Positions 1 through 12,254 of a stretch of DNA of 64,000 nt are shown one piece after another; positions within the stretch are counted from its first letter, which is position 1, and the number at the start of each line of letters is the position of its first letter. This DNA comes from Nannocystis bainbridge (GTDB taxonomy: Bacteria > Myxococcota_A > Polyangia > Nannocystales > Nannocystaceae), in assembly GCF_028368995.1 (NCBI RefSeq), contig NZ_JAQNDL010000002.1, positions 609,724-673,723 of the forward strand. Direction: 5' to 3'. Made by a program: the position numbers and the translations under genes. The notes below the pieces were generated by a model. That model was not told the DNA's origin. It saw nothing but the letters and a program-made list of their open reading frames with translations, and did not search any database.

Positions 1-2047
1 CCTCTACTATCCGCGCCGGCACTACCTCCTGGCCGACGAGTTGGCTGGTCTTCAGGACAGGTTGTCCGACGACGGCCTGCGCGCCGCGGCCCGCGAGCTG
101 CGGCGCCAGCTCGGTCTGCCGACCTCGGGGGTGATCAAGCAGATCGCGCCGGCCGACCCGCTGCTGGCCTATCCGACCCAGCTGCGCCGGCTCGAGGCGG
201 CCCAGGGCGGCGGCGTCGGGCTGCGCGACGGGCACTTCGTGGCCGAGGACCAGCACGCGCTGGTGATGCTGGCGACCCGCGGCTCGCCGTTCGACGCCAC
301 CGAGCAGGGGCCGCTGCAGGCGGCGATCGAGGCCGCGTTCGCCGAGGTCGACGCGCAGTCGGGCGGGCGCCTGGCGCTCGAGCAGTCGGGCGTGGCCCGC
401 TTCGCCCTCGCCGCCGAGACCAGCATGCGCGCCGACATCGGCCGGATCTCGACGGTCTCGCTGGTCGGCATCATCGCCCTGTTCCTGCTGATGTTCCGCT
501 CGCCGCGGCTGGTGCTGCTGTCGCTGGCGCCGCTGGCGGCCGGGGTGACGGCGGCCCTGGCGGCCTGCCTGGCGCTGTTCGGGGCGGTCCACGGGTTGAC
601 GCTGGCGTTCGGGGCGACGCTCATCGGCGTGTGCATCGACTACTCGGTGCACCTGTTCAACCACCACATGCTCGACCCGCCGCGCGGCGGGCCGCGGGAG
701 AGCGCGCGCCGGATCTGGCCGGGGCTGCTGCTCGGGGCGCTGACGACCGTGGCGGGCTTCGCCGGGCTGGCGTGGACCAGCTTCCCGGGGCTGCGCGAGG
801 TGGCGCTGTTCGCCTCGATCGGGGTGCTGGTGGCCGCCCTGGCGACGCGCTACTGGCTACCTGACCTTTTGCCCATGGCCCCAAAGCCAGGTTGGTTGCA
901 GCGGCGGGCGGCGGCCGGGCTGGCGCGCATGGTGGCGGCGATGCGACGGCGACGCTCGGCGGTGGCGGTGCTGCCGGCGGCGGCGCTGGGGCTGTGCGTG
1001 GTCGGGCTGCCGCAGATCGAGTGGTCCGACGACGTGCGGCTGCTGACGGCGCTCGACCCGGGCATGCTGGCCGAGGACGAGCGGGTGCGGGGGCGGGTGT
1101 CGCGGATGGACGGCGGCCGGTTCGTGGTCGCGTTCGGGGCCGACGACGAGGCGGCGCTGGCCGGCAACGACGCGGTCGCGGTCCGCCTGCGCGCGGCCCA
1201 GGCGGCCGGCGAGATCGAGGCGTTCCGCAGCCTGCACGCGCTGGTGTGGTCGACGGCGCTGCAGCGAGACAACGCGACGGCGCTGGCCGACCCGAGCCTG
1301 CCGGCCCGGCTCGACGCGGCGTTCGTGGCCGAGGGCTTCCGCGCCGGCTCGTTCGCCAAGTTCTTCGCGGACATGTCCCATGGGCCAGACGTGATGCGGC
1401 CGGCCGACCTGGTCGGGACGCCGCTGGCCGAAGCGGCGCGCACGTTCCGGGCCGAGATCGAGGGCGGCGAGGTGGCCCTCGTGACGCTGCTGCGCGGGGT
1501 CGGCGACGCGACGGCGCTGCAGGCCCGCCTGGCCGATCTGCCGCAGGTGCGCTACTTCGACCAGCAGGGCATGATGCAGGCGGCGTTCGGCCGCTACCGC
1601 GCGCGCACGCTCGAGCTGGTGGGGTTCGGGCTGTTCGCGGTGCTGGCGATGGTGTGGCTCCGCTACCGCAAGCTGGGGCTGGCGCTGGCGGCGTTCACCC
1701 CGGCGGTGCTGGCGGCCGCGACGGCGCTGGCGGTGGTGGCCCTGTCGGGGGTGACGATCGGGATCCTCCACGTGGTGGCGCTGCTGCTGGTGCTCAGCAT
1801 GGGCGTCGACTACGGGGTGTTCCTGGCCGAGAGCCGGCGCGACCCGGGCGGCTTCGACGCGACGGTGCTCAGCGTGCTGCTGGCGTGCCTCTCGACGGTG
1901 CTGGCGTTCGGCCTGCTGGCGATGTCGCAGAGCCCGGCGCTGCAGGCGATCGGGGTCACGGTCGGGCTCGGGGTGCTGCTCAGCCTGGTGCTGGCCCCGG
2001 CCGCGCTGGTGCTGGCGGGCGCGGGCGAGGAGAAGGATCGGGGATGA
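1..2047 (+). CDS. RND superfamily / MMPL-type membrane exporter, 5'-truncated (gene continues upstream of window; ORF table starts at a TTG at 41 but the frame is open to position 2)
   Basis: Long hydrophobic ORF with two 6-TM blocks (..ALFLLMFRSPRLVLLSLAPL.., ..VVALLLVLSMGVDYGVFLAE..) typical of RND/MMPL exporters. Coherent non-low-complexity protein in this frame, unlike the Arg/Pro-rich antisense ORF 857..2059. Confidence 0.6.
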   Translation, partial: LYYPRRHYLLADELAGLQDRLSDDGLRAAARELRRQLGLPTSGVIKQIAPADPLLAYPTQLRRLEAAQGGGVGLRDGHFVAEDQHALVMLATRGSPFDATEQGPLQAAIEAAFAEVDAQSGGRLALEQSGVARFALAAETSMRADIGRISTVSLVGIIALFLLMFRSPRLVLLSLAPLAAGVTAALAACLALFGAVHGLTLAFGATLIGVCIDYSVHLFNHHMLDPPRGGPRESARRIWPGLLLGALTTVAGFAGLAWTSFPGLREVALFASIGVLVAALATRYWLPDLLPMAPKPGWLQRRAAAGLARMVAAMRRRRSAVAVLPAAALGLCVVGLPQIEWSDDVRLLTALDPGMLAEDERVRGRVSRMDGGRFVVAFGADDEAALAGNDAVAVRLRAAQAAGEIEAFRSLHALVWSTALQRDNATALADPSLPARLDAAFVAEGFRAGSFAKFFADMSHGPDVMRPADLVGTPLAEAARTFRAEIEGGEVALVTLLRGVGDATALQARLADLPQVRYFDQQGMMQAAFGRYRARTLELVGFGLFAVLAMVWLRYRKLGLALAAFTPAVLAAATALAVVALSGVTIGILHVVALLLVLSMGVDYGVFLAESRRDPGGFDATVLSVLLACLSTVLAFGLLAMSQSPALQAIGVTVGLGVLLSLVLAPAALVLAGAGEEKDRG

Positions 2048-2688
2048 ATCTTCGGACATGGTCGATCGGGCATGTCTTATGGGCCATGCTCATCGGGGCC
2101 TGCGCGAAGGGACAGGCGAGCGGGTCGGCCGCGCCGCCCGAGCTGAAGGACGCCGACTACCCGGGGGCGCTGGCGACGACGCTGGCCGGGCCCGACTTCA
2201 TGGCCCGCCAGCGGCTGCGCGGGACCGCCCGCGGGCGCGAGTTCGGCGGCGAGGTGGTGCTGCAGAAGCAGGGCGACGGGCTGACGCTGATCGGGCTGAC
2301 GCCGTTCTCGACCAAGGCGTTCGTGGCCAAGCAGCAGGGCGCCGCGGTGCAGGTCGACGTGTTCGCGCCGGAGGGCAAGCTGCCGTTCCCGCCGCGCTTC
2401 ATGCTGCTCGACGTGCATCGGGTCCAGTTCCTCGGGCTGCCGGGGGCGCCGCTGGCCGACGGGACCCACGCGGGCGAGGTCGGCGAGGAGGCGGTGACCG
2501 AGGTGTGGCAGGGCGGGGCGCTGCTCGAGCGCCGCTTCGAGCGCAAGGACGGCAAGCCGGCCGGGACGATCGTGGTGACCTACGAGGGCGGGATGAAGGA
2601 CGGCGCGCTGCCGGCCCGGCTGAAGCTGGTCAACGGGTGGTTCGGCTACGAGATCGCGGTCGAGACGCTGCAGTGGCAGCCGCTGTGA
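2044..2688 (+). CDS. Lipoprotein paired with the exporter (LolA/DUF3261-like); start ATG overlaps upstream stop (ATGA)
   Basis: N-terminal signal peptide with lipobox-like LIGAC. 4-nt start/stop overlap with the exporter suggests translational coupling. Real start is internal to six-frame ORF 892..2688. Confidence 0.55.
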   Translation: MNLRTWSIGHVLWAMLIGACAKGQASGSAAPPELKDADYPGALATTLAGPDFMARQRLRGTARGREFGGEVVLQKQGDGLTLIGLTPFSTKAFVAKQQGAAVQVDVFAPEGKLPFPPRFMLLDVHRVQFLGLPGAPLADGTHAGEVGEEAVTEVWQGGALLERRFERKDGKPAGTIVVTYEGGMKDGALPARLKLVNGWFGYEIAVETLQWQPL

Positions 2689-2749
2689 GGCGGGGACAGC
2701 GGCGCGCCGACGTTATCGAGGCGGCCGAGACACCGCGCGGCGTGAACCG

Positions 2750-2830
2750 CGGTGCTCGAAGAGCATGTCCCAAAGGGCATGTTCGTTGCGACATGTGAAA
2801 ACGGCCATGTCCTTGGGGACATGGCCGAAG
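2750..2830. repeat. REP-like hairpin repeats (CATGTCC-N4-GGGCATG / CATGTCC-TTGG-GGACATG)
   Basis: gagcatgtcccaaagggcatgttcg...ggccatgtccttggggacatggcc: perfect 7-bp inverted arms around 4-nt loops. Confidence 0.6.
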
Positions 2831-2870
2831 AGGCTGGCACGATCGGCGCCGGGGGGAGCGGCGCCGGGGC

Positions 2871-3230
2871 TCAGCGGTTCTCGAGCTTGAAGCCGGTCAG
2901 GCAGCGCTCGCCGCCGTTGCCGGCCTTGTAGGTCGGGGTCACCTCGACCTGCTTGCGGGCGCGCATGGCCTCGAACAGCAGGTTGATCCCGCTGGCGCTG
3001 ACGTCGCGGCCAGGGCACAGCGAGCCGCCCCACTTGTAGTCGCGCTTCTGTCCGGTCTTCTCCTTGAGGGTGACCGAGCCGTTGAACATGGCGTGGTTGT
3101 CGCTGCTGCTCTCGTAGAGGGTGACGGCTTCGACGTTGCCGGCGACTCCGTTGGAGTCGGCGAAGGCGACGGCGGGGAGCAGGAGCGCCGACAGGGCGGC
3201 GATCAGGGACAGGCGGGGACGGTGCGACAT
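2871..3230 (-). CDS. Small secreted protein, hypothetical
   Basis: 119-aa ORF with N-terminal signal peptide (LIAALSALLLPAVAFA). GGAGAA RBS about 8 nt upstream of ATG at 3230. Non-repetitive composition. Confidence 0.5.
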   Translation of the reverse strand: MSHRPRLSLIAALSALLLPAVAFADSNGVAGNVEAVTLYESSSDNHAMFNGSVTLKEKTGQKRDYKWGGSLCPGRDVSASGINLLFEAMRARKQVEVTPTYKAGNGGERCLTGFKLENR

Positions 3231-3399
3231 GGTGATTCTCCTGGGGGGTGACCCGTGGGTGCGGGTCGGATTGCGGGGGCAAGAGTCCTATTTGCGTCCT
3301 CGACCTGCAACACCTCGTGCGCCGACGATCTGCGCGGGATCATGCGCCAGGGCGCGTGAGCGCCCGTTGCGGGCGAGCGGCGACAGGTCCGGCCTGGAG

Positions 3400-3720
3400 A
3401 CAGAGATGTCTCTCGGGACATGTCGATGAAACGCGTTCCAGGGACAGGTGACCGGGCTCCGAGAAGGACGTGTCTCTCGGGACATGTCGAAGCATCACGG
3501 GTCTGGGACAGGTGACCGGGCCGGAGAACCATGTGTCTCTCGGGACAGGTCGAAGGCGCGCGCTCCGGGGCCGGGCGGCGCCGAGAGCGGCATGTCCTCG
3601 GGGACATGTCGATGGAGCGCGGTCCGGGGACAGGTGGCCGTCCGGAGCGGCGGGATGGCTCCCGGGACATGTCAAACGCGACATGCCCCGAGGGACAGGT
3701 CTAGCCGCGCTGACGCAGGG
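3400..3720. repeat. Tandem array of REP-like GGGACATGTC / GGGACAGGTG hairpin repeats with 63-66 bp higher-order unit (3 copies)
   Basis: Repeated blocks gtctctcgggacatgtcga[a/t]g ... gggacaggtgaccgggc[c/t]..gagaa ... gtg seen three times, plus further single copies up to 3710. Confidence 0.75.
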
Positions 3721-4621
3721 CACCGCGCAGCTTGACGAGGGTGTCGTCGAGGCGCGAGGCGGGCACGCTGACGCGCGTCGGCATGCCGCCGCCGAGGCCG
3801 AGCAGAGTGACGAAATCGAGGCCGCTCTCGAAGCCGGCGGCGATGTTGAGGGTCTGGCCGTCGATGACCACGGCGATGGTGGCGCGCTGCTGGCCGAGCA
3901 GCAGCAGCTCGGTCTTGTCGAACGGGCGCGGGTTCGCGGGCACGCGCACGAGCGCGACGCCGTCCTCGACGACGTAGGCGCGGGCGAGCGCGGCGGCCTC
4001 GGCGGCCATGGCGTCGAAGTCGGCGGCGGCGGCGGCGATCGCCTCCTGCTCGGCGCCGCGCGGGCGACCGGCGACCAGCCAGCGCACGATCTTGATCAGG
4101 AGGACGGTGTCCTCGTAGTGGGCGCGCAGGGCCTTGTCGACGAGGGCGCCGATCGGGCCGACTTCGCCGGTGCGGGTGTCGACGGCGCGGGCGTCGGCGT
4201 CGGCGCCGGGGTAGGGCTCGACGCCGCCGAGCAGCCACTTGGCGGCGGAGTAGAGGCCGTCGAGGTCGAAGTGGGCGACGATGGTGTCGACCGGACCTGT
4301 CTCCTGGACCATCTGCGGCGTGATGATCTCGGGGCAGGCGCCGTGCTCGGCCTTGGTGTGGAGCACGAAGCGAGCGTCACCGCGGAACTGCGCGTGGCGC
4401 TCGTGATCGTGGTGATCGACCCACCGGGCCAGGCGCGGGCCGAGGCCGTGGAGGAACTTGCCGGTGATCTTCTCGAAGCCGCTGCCGATGCCCTCGGCCG
4501 CAAAGGCGACGTCGAGCACGACGACGCGGCCGCGCAGGCTGGCCGGCTTCGGCAGCCGCCGCGGGCTGGCGAACACCAGGTCGATCGCGGCGGCGTGGGC
4601 GAGGTCGGGCGTGGCCTTCAA
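3701..4621 (-). CDS. Hypothetical protein (contains VDHHDHERH motif; possible DHH-like phosphoesterase, uncertain)
   Basis: 306-aa ORF with balanced composition. 4-nt overlap with the downstream TPR gene suggests an operon. Confidence 0.4.
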   Translation of the reverse strand: MKATPDLAHAAAIDLVFASPRRLPKPASLRGRVVVLDVAFAAEGIGSGFEKITGKFLHGLGPRLARWVDHHDHERHAQFRGDARFVLHTKAEHGACPEIITPQMVQETGPVDTIVAHFDLDGLYSAAKWLLGGVEPYPGADADARAVDTRTGEVGPIGALVDKALRAHYEDTVLLIKIVRWLVAGRPRGAEQEAIAAAAADFDAMAAEAAALARAYVVEDGVALVRVPANPRPFDKTELLLLGQQRATIAVVIDGQTLNIAAGFESGLDFVTLLGLGGGMPTRVSVPASRLDDTLVKLRGALRQRG

Positions 4622-4929
4622 CCTTCCAGCCCGGCGCGAGCGGACTCGAGCTCGCCGAGCGCGTGCGAGTCGCCGGCCTGGCGGGCGATCTCGACGCCGG
4701 CGTCGAGGACCGCCCGCGCGCCCGCGGGATCGCCGGCCTCGAGGAACGTGTTGCCGGCCATCAGGTAGGTGGGCACGTATCCGGGGACGCGCGCGATGAG
4801 CTCCTGGAACTCGGCGATCGCCTCGGCGAGCTGCCCGCGACGCTTGAGCTCCATGGCCAGGCCGTAGCGCGGGAACGCCTCACCTGGCTTCTGGGCCACG
4901 AACTGTCGGAGCATCTCGAGGCGATCCAC
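4618..4929 (-). CDS. TPR-repeat protein
   Basis: 103 aa with tetratricopeptide-like helices (..AEAIAEFQELIARVPGYVPTYLMAGNTFLEAGDPAGA..). Confidence 0.5.
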   Translation of the reverse strand: MDRLEMLRQFVAQKPGEAFPRYGLAMELKRRGQLAEAIAEFQELIARVPGYVPTYLMAGNTFLEAGDPAGARAVLDAGVEIARQAGDSHALGELESARAGLEG

Positions 4930-4936
4930 GCGGACC

Positions 4937-5495
4937 TCAGGAGGCGGCCTGCTGACGCATGCGCGGCTTGTAGGTCTGCTTGTGCTTCTCGATGTACTCG
5001 CCGGCGGCCGCGTCCTCGACGCCGAGGGCCTTGAGGACCTCGGGGGTCTGGTCGAACACCGGCGTGTCCTGCAGGTGGCCGATCAGCAGCAGGTAGCTGG
5101 CGACGTGGGCCGGCGGGTACTTCTTGAGCAGCTCGGCGACGCCCTCGCGCAGCTTCTCGGGCGGGTTGGTGACGCAGAAATCCTCGTCGGTCTCGCCCAT
5201 GGTGTGCTTGACGCCGAGGAAATCGAGGTAGTCGACCAGCATCTGGCGGTGGTGACGCATCAGCCACTCGAGCAGGAGCGCGAGCGCGAGGTTGTCGTTG
5301 CCGCCCGTGAGCTCGGCGTCGAAGCGGCGGCGCCACGCGCGGCGGCGGGCGGCCTGGGTGTACGCGGTCGGGGGGACGTTGACGCTGCAGCCGCCGGCCT
5401 TGAGCACTTCGCGGACTTCCTTGCCGGAGAGCTCGTCGTAGTACGCGTCGATGTGGCCTTGGCCCAGGTGTTGACAGATCTCGATCGGCTTCACA
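4937..5495 (-). CDS. Hypothetical protein (real gene is the C-terminal ~186 aa of six-frame ORF 4937..6016; GTG start preceded by AGAGGGAAG RBS)
   Basis: N-terminal 170 aa of the long ORF are Arg/Gln/Pro low-complexity (antisense artefact). Coherent sequence begins VKPIEICQHLGQGHIDAYYDEL. Confidence 0.45.
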
Positions 5496-5587
5496 GCGCT
5501 TCCCTCTGGAGGGCGGCACCCTAACCGCCCTGCCGGTTCCGCGCAACCCGGACGCGCCGCGAACGCCGTGCGGGCGCGGGCCGGCTG

Positions 5588-8494
<2,907 letters not shown>

Positions 8495-8625
8495 GCGGCG
8501 GGATGTCTTCGAGGGCATGTCCCGATGGACATGTCTTGGAGAGAATGTCCTCGGGGACATGTCGATGTGAGCATGTCATTCGGGACATGTTCTTGAGGGC
8601 GTGATACGCAGCACGGCCGTGGTTT
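8495..8625. repeat. REP-like CATGTCC/GGACATG repeat cluster
   Basis: gggatgtcttcgagggcatgtcccgatggacatgtcttggagagaatgtcctcggggacatgtcgatgtgagcatgtcattcgggacatgttc. Confidence 0.65.
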
Positions 8626-8646
8626 GCGTGGTGAGGGCCGCCGGGC

Positions 8647-9504
8647 ATGCCTGAAGACAGGGTGGCGATGCGAGTGAGGGATTGTCCCAGGCGGCGCGGA
8701 CGCGGAGCGGTGGTGGCCCTGGCGCTGCTGGGTTGCCCGGCGGGCGAGGTCGCGGAGCTCGAGGGGGAGGAGCCGGCCTGCGCGCGGCCGGGCGGGCGCG
8801 GGTTCGCATTCTCGGGGGCGCCCGAGACGTTCGTGGTGCCCGAGTGCGTGACGAGGCTGACGGTCGAGCTGTGGGGCGCGCAGGGCGGGCCGAGCCGCTG
8901 CGGGACCGACGAGGGGTCTGCTCTGCCGGACCTGCAGATGGACGGCGGACGCGGCGGCTGGCTGCGCGCCGAGGTGCCGGTCCGCCCGGGCGAGGTGGTG
9001 CTGGTGCGCGTGGGCGGGCGCGGCGGCCTCGACGGCGCGCCGGGCTGGAACGGCGGCGGGCGCGGGGGCCGGTGGGCCGGCGGGGGCGGCGGTGGATCGG
9101 ACTTCCGGATCGGCGGGGCGAGCTTGATCGATCGCGCGCTGGTGGCCGGCGGCGGAGGCGGCGGTTCGTGCGGCTTTCCGGACCACGGGGCGGGCGGCGC
9201 CGGCGGCGGGCTGGTGGGCGAGGACGGGACTGTCGGCGAGGCGCCCTGGATCGCGGGCGGTGGCGGCCGACAGCTCGCGGGCGGCGAGGCAGGTTCAGCG
9301 CCGGGGCAGGCGGGGGTGTTCGGGCTCGGCGGCGGGGCAGCCCGCTACCACGTGGCCGGCGGCGGGGGCGGCTGGTACGGGGGTGGCGGGGCGTACGGGG
9401 CGGGCGGCGGCGGCGGTTCGTCGCACGCGAGCGGGGAGGCGAGCGCGGTGGAGAGCGAGGCGGGGGCGCGCGGCGGAGACGGGGCGGCGCAGATCTACTG
9501 GTGA
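8647..9504 (+). CDS. Glycine-rich secreted protein/lipoprotein (Gly_rich-like family); start possibly ATG at 8671
   Basis: Signal peptide with LLGC lipobox, an ordered N-terminal region (FVVPECVTRLTVELWGAQGG), then GGGGG-rich repeats. Composition differs from antisense artefacts (Tyr/Trp/Phe present). Confidence 0.45.
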   Translation: MPEDRVAMRVRDCPRRRGRGAVVALALLGCPAGEVAELEGEEPACARPGGRGFAFSGAPETFVVPECVTRLTVELWGAQGGPSRCGTDEGSALPDLQMDGGRGGWLRAEVPVRPGEVVLVRVGGRGGLDGAPGWNGGGRGGRWAGGGGGGSDFRIGGASLIDRALVAGGGGGGSCGFPDHGAGGAGGGLVGEDGTVGEAPWIAGGGGRQLAGGEAGSAPGQAGVFGLGGGAARYHVAGGGGGWYGGGGAYGAGGGGGSSHASGEASAVESEAGARGGDGAAQIYW

Positions 9505-9524
9505 GACCGAAGGGAAGACGGGCG

Positions 9525-9725
9525 TCGAGGCGTGGGGGCGATGGAGATGTCCGAGAGGACATGTCGAGATCGGCGAGCGCATCGGGTCATCGCGGTGGAT
9601 GATGGTGTCTTTGGGGACATGTCCATGGGGACATGTTTCGAGCGGGTGGGTCGGGGCGCGTCGCCGAGGATGTGTTTCGGACATGTCTCGAAGGACATGA
9701 CAAAAGCTCGCGGGTGACGGGGGAC
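9525..9725. repeat. REP-like CATGTCC/GGACATG repeat cluster
   Basis: gagatgtccgagaggacatgtcgag ... ggggacatgtccatggggacatgtttcgag ... gtttcggacatgtctcgaaggacatgac. Confidence 0.65.
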
Positions 9726-9978
9726 ACAGCGTGGTTTGCGTGCCCGCCTGCTGCGCTTCATGCCTACAGAGCGCAGGGGTGGCCGTGCGGAGCGTGTTCG
9801 AAGGTCGAGGGTCGGGGGTGCTCCCGAGCGTCGGCCCATCCCGGCTGCCGGGGCGACGGCGGCGGTAGATCCTGCGGCTGAAACAGACCTCCACTCGACC
9901 CGCCGGCCCGGCTTCCCCCCTCTGTCGCGGCCGGCGGGTTTTCTTTTGCCGGGGTCGTGGGGCATCCTCGCGGCGCGC

Positions 9979-10860
9979 ATGTCCGCCCCCGATCGCTGCA
10001 TCTTCGCCGCCGATGGCACCCGTGTGGTCTACCGCCGCGAGGGCGAGGGGCCGGCGCTGCTGCTCTGCAATGGGATCACGACCTCGGGGTTCTTCTGGAC
10101 CCATCTGGTGCCGCGGTGGGCCCGGCGGTTCACGGTGATCACGTGGGACCTCAAGGGCCACGGGCGCAGCGAGCCGGCCCGGTCGGCGGCGGGCGTCGAG
10201 ATCCCGGCGCTGGCGCGCGACGCGTTGCAGATCCTCGACGCCGAGGGGCTGGCCGACGCGGTGCCGGTGGGGTTCTCGATGGGCTGTCAGGTGGCGCTCG
10301 AGATCTATCGCGCGGCGCCGCAGCGGGTGCGCGGGCTGGTGCTGCTGCTCGGGTCGTCGGGGCGGGTGTTCGACACGGCGCTCGGGCCGGTCGGGCCGGC
10401 GCTGCACGGGCTCATCGCCCGGCTGTCGCGGCCGGGCTTTCGCGTGGCGTTCGGCGGGCTGCGCCGGATCGTGGGCATGCCGGGCGGTCGGCGGCTCGGC
10501 CGGCTGCTCGGGCTCGTCGGCCCCGCGGCCGAGCCGGCCGACGTGCAGCTGTTCATCGACCACTTCGTGCGCGAGCTCGACCCGGGTACGCTCGCGGCGA
10601 TGGCGCTGGCGGCCCAGCGGCACAGCGCGGCCGACCTGCTGCCGCGTATCGCGGTGCCGTCGCTGGTGGTGGCCGGCGACCGCGACGTGTTCGCGCCGGC
10701 GCTCCGGGTGGGGCTGCCGCTGCATCGCGCGATCCCGGGCAGCCAGCTGCTCCGCCTGGCCGAAGGGACGCACACCAGCCTGTTCGAACACCACGAAGAG
10801 ATCGGGGCGGCGGTCGAACGGTTCTGCGAGGGCCTCACGGGGCGCCGCGAGGTCGGGTAA
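9979..10860 (+). CDS. Alpha/beta hydrolase fold protein
   Basis: HGxP-like oxyanion region (LLLCNGITTSGFFW), nucleophile elbow GFSMGC, C-terminal Asp/His region. Real start MSAPDRCIF is internal to ORF 9736..10860. Confidence 0.7.
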   Translation: MSAPDRCIFAADGTRVVYRREGEGPALLLCNGITTSGFFWTHLVPRWARRFTVITWDLKGHGRSEPARSAAGVEIPALARDALQILDAEGLADAVPVGFSMGCQVALEIYRAAPQRVRGLVLLLGSSGRVFDTALGPVGPALHGLIARLSRPGFRVAFGGLRRIVGMPGGRRLGRLLGLVGPAAEPADVQLFIDHFVRELDPGTLAAMALAAQRHSAADLLPRIAVPSLVVAGDRDVFAPALRVGLPLHRAIPGSQLLRLAEGTHTSLFEHHEEIGAAVERFCEGLTGRREVG

Positions 10861-10869
10861 AACGGCGGC

Positions 10870-12156
10870 ATGCGCCGCTTCGCCTCGCTTACTCTCCTCC
10901 TCGCCGCCTGCAGCACCGCTGCGGCCACCACCGGCCCCGATCCGAGCGCCGGGGGCACCGACAGCTCGGACTCGCAGAGCGGCTCGACGACGCTCGACGA
11001 CCTGACGGCGCCCGGCGGCACGACCGGAGGCTCCGGGGTGCCGACCACCGGCGAGGGGACCGACACGCTCGATCCGAACGCCACGGGCACCACCAGCGGC
11101 GGCGCCGAGCAGGACTACGAGGCGCCCGGGCCGGCGCCGGTCGGCAACGCGACGTTCTCGGTGGTCGCCGGCGATCGCACGCTGCTCGTGGAGGCGTGGT
11201 ACCCGGCCGACGCGTCGGCGCAGGCGGCCGCCGAGGCCGGGCACCCGATCGCGGAGTTCGTGCCGGAGGGCCCGCAGCGCGACGAGATGGTGGCGCTGCT
11301 GGGCCAGCTGTCGGAGCACGGGCAGGTCGGCGTGCGCGAGCAGACCCGCTCGGCCCGCGGGGCGGCGTCGGCGGGCGCGGGGCCGTACCCGCTGGTGATG
11401 TTCTCGCACTGCCACGGCTGCGTGCGCTTCTCGATGTTCACGATCGCCGAGCGCCTGGCTAGCCACGGGTTCGTGGTGGTCGCGCCCGATCACACGGGCA
11501 ACACCCTGTTCGACGAGCCGCAGGCGCCGCTCGACGAGGCGTTCCTGCAGGTCCGCGTGGCTGACCAGCGCGCGGTGCTCGACGCGGTGCTTGACGCCGG
11601 CAACTCGGCGGTCCCGGAGGCGATCCGCGGGGCCATCGATGCGACCCGGATCGGGGCGATGGGGCACAGCTACGGGGCGGCGACGGCGGGGCGGCTGGCG
11701 CAGGAGGACGACCGGATCGTGGCCGCGCTGCCGATCGCGGCGCCGGTGCAGAACCCGATCTTCTCCGGCACCAAGCTGGCCGAGATCGTCGAGCCGCAGC
11801 TGTTCGTGCTGGCGGTCGAGGACAACAGCATCGGCAAGATCGGCAACCAGCTGATCGAGTCGAACTTCGACGCCGCGGCGACGCCGACCTACCTGGTGCG
11901 GATGAAGGACACCGGCCACTGGGGCCCGACCGACATCTGCGGGCTGGCCGAGCAATTCGACGCGGGCTGCGGGCCCGGCACGCGCCAGACCGACGGCAGC
12001 GAGTTCGTGTACCTGGCGCCGGTCGAGGCGCGGGCGATCGTGGCGAGCTACGCGGTCGCGTTCTTCGACCACCACCTGCGCGGCAACGCGGAGGCGCAGG
12101 CGTTCCTGCAGACGGCGACGCCGCCCGAGGTGGTCGAGGTCGAGGCGCGGCTGTAG
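10870..12156 (+). CDS. Secreted lipoprotein alpha/beta hydrolase (lipase / PAF-acetylhydrolase-like)
   Basis: Signal peptide with LAAC lipobox, Thr/Gly/Ser-rich linker, GHSYGA nucleophile elbow, PDHTGNT motif. Confidence 0.6.
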   Translation: MRRFASLTLLLAACSTAAATTGPDPSAGGTDSSDSQSGSTTLDDLTAPGGTTGGSGVPTTGEGTDTLDPNATGTTSGGAEQDYEAPGPAPVGNATFSVVAGDRTLLVEAWYPADASAQAAAEAGHPIAEFVPEGPQRDEMVALLGQLSEHGQVGVREQTRSARGAASAGAGPYPLVMFSHCHGCVRFSMFTIAERLASHGFVVVAPDHTGNTLFDEPQAPLDEAFLQVRVADQRAVLDAVLDAGNSAVPEAIRGAIDATRIGAMGHSYGAATAGRLAQEDDRIVAALPIAAPVQNPIFSGTKLAEIVEPQLFVLAVEDNSIGKIGNQLIESNFDAAATPTYLVRMKDTGHWGPTDICGLAEQFDAGCGPGTRQTDGSEFVYLAPVEARAIVASYAVAFFDHHLRGNAEAQAFLQTATPPEVVEVEARL

Positions 12157-12254
12157 CGGAATCATCTGGCTAAAAGGACAGCTAGCGATCGGGCTCACGC
12201 GGCGAGCGGACGCGCGGGCCAATTGATCGCGGGTCCAAAGTCACCGACCCTTCG

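Noticed and set aside
857-2059. 400-aa minus-strand ORF antisense to the RND exporter gene (and similar long antisense ORFs such as 6245..8089, 9295..12222, 12195..13760, 13757..15046, 35589..36920, 37459..38307, 56944..60804, 40637..42268)
   Set aside because: The translations are Arg/Pro/His/Gly/Gln low-complexity with no hydrophobic core or recognisable motifs. They lie exactly antisense to coherent genes. This is typical stop-codon-poor artefact of about 72% GC DNA.
3400-3720. Possibility that the tandem repeat arrays are CRISPR arrays
   Set aside because: Units are only 10-14 bp with no 25-40 bp unique spacers. Repeats are internally palindromic with 4-nt loops. The arrays are scattered at more than 17 sites with no cas genes. 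The structure fits REP/BIME-like elements, not CRISPR.
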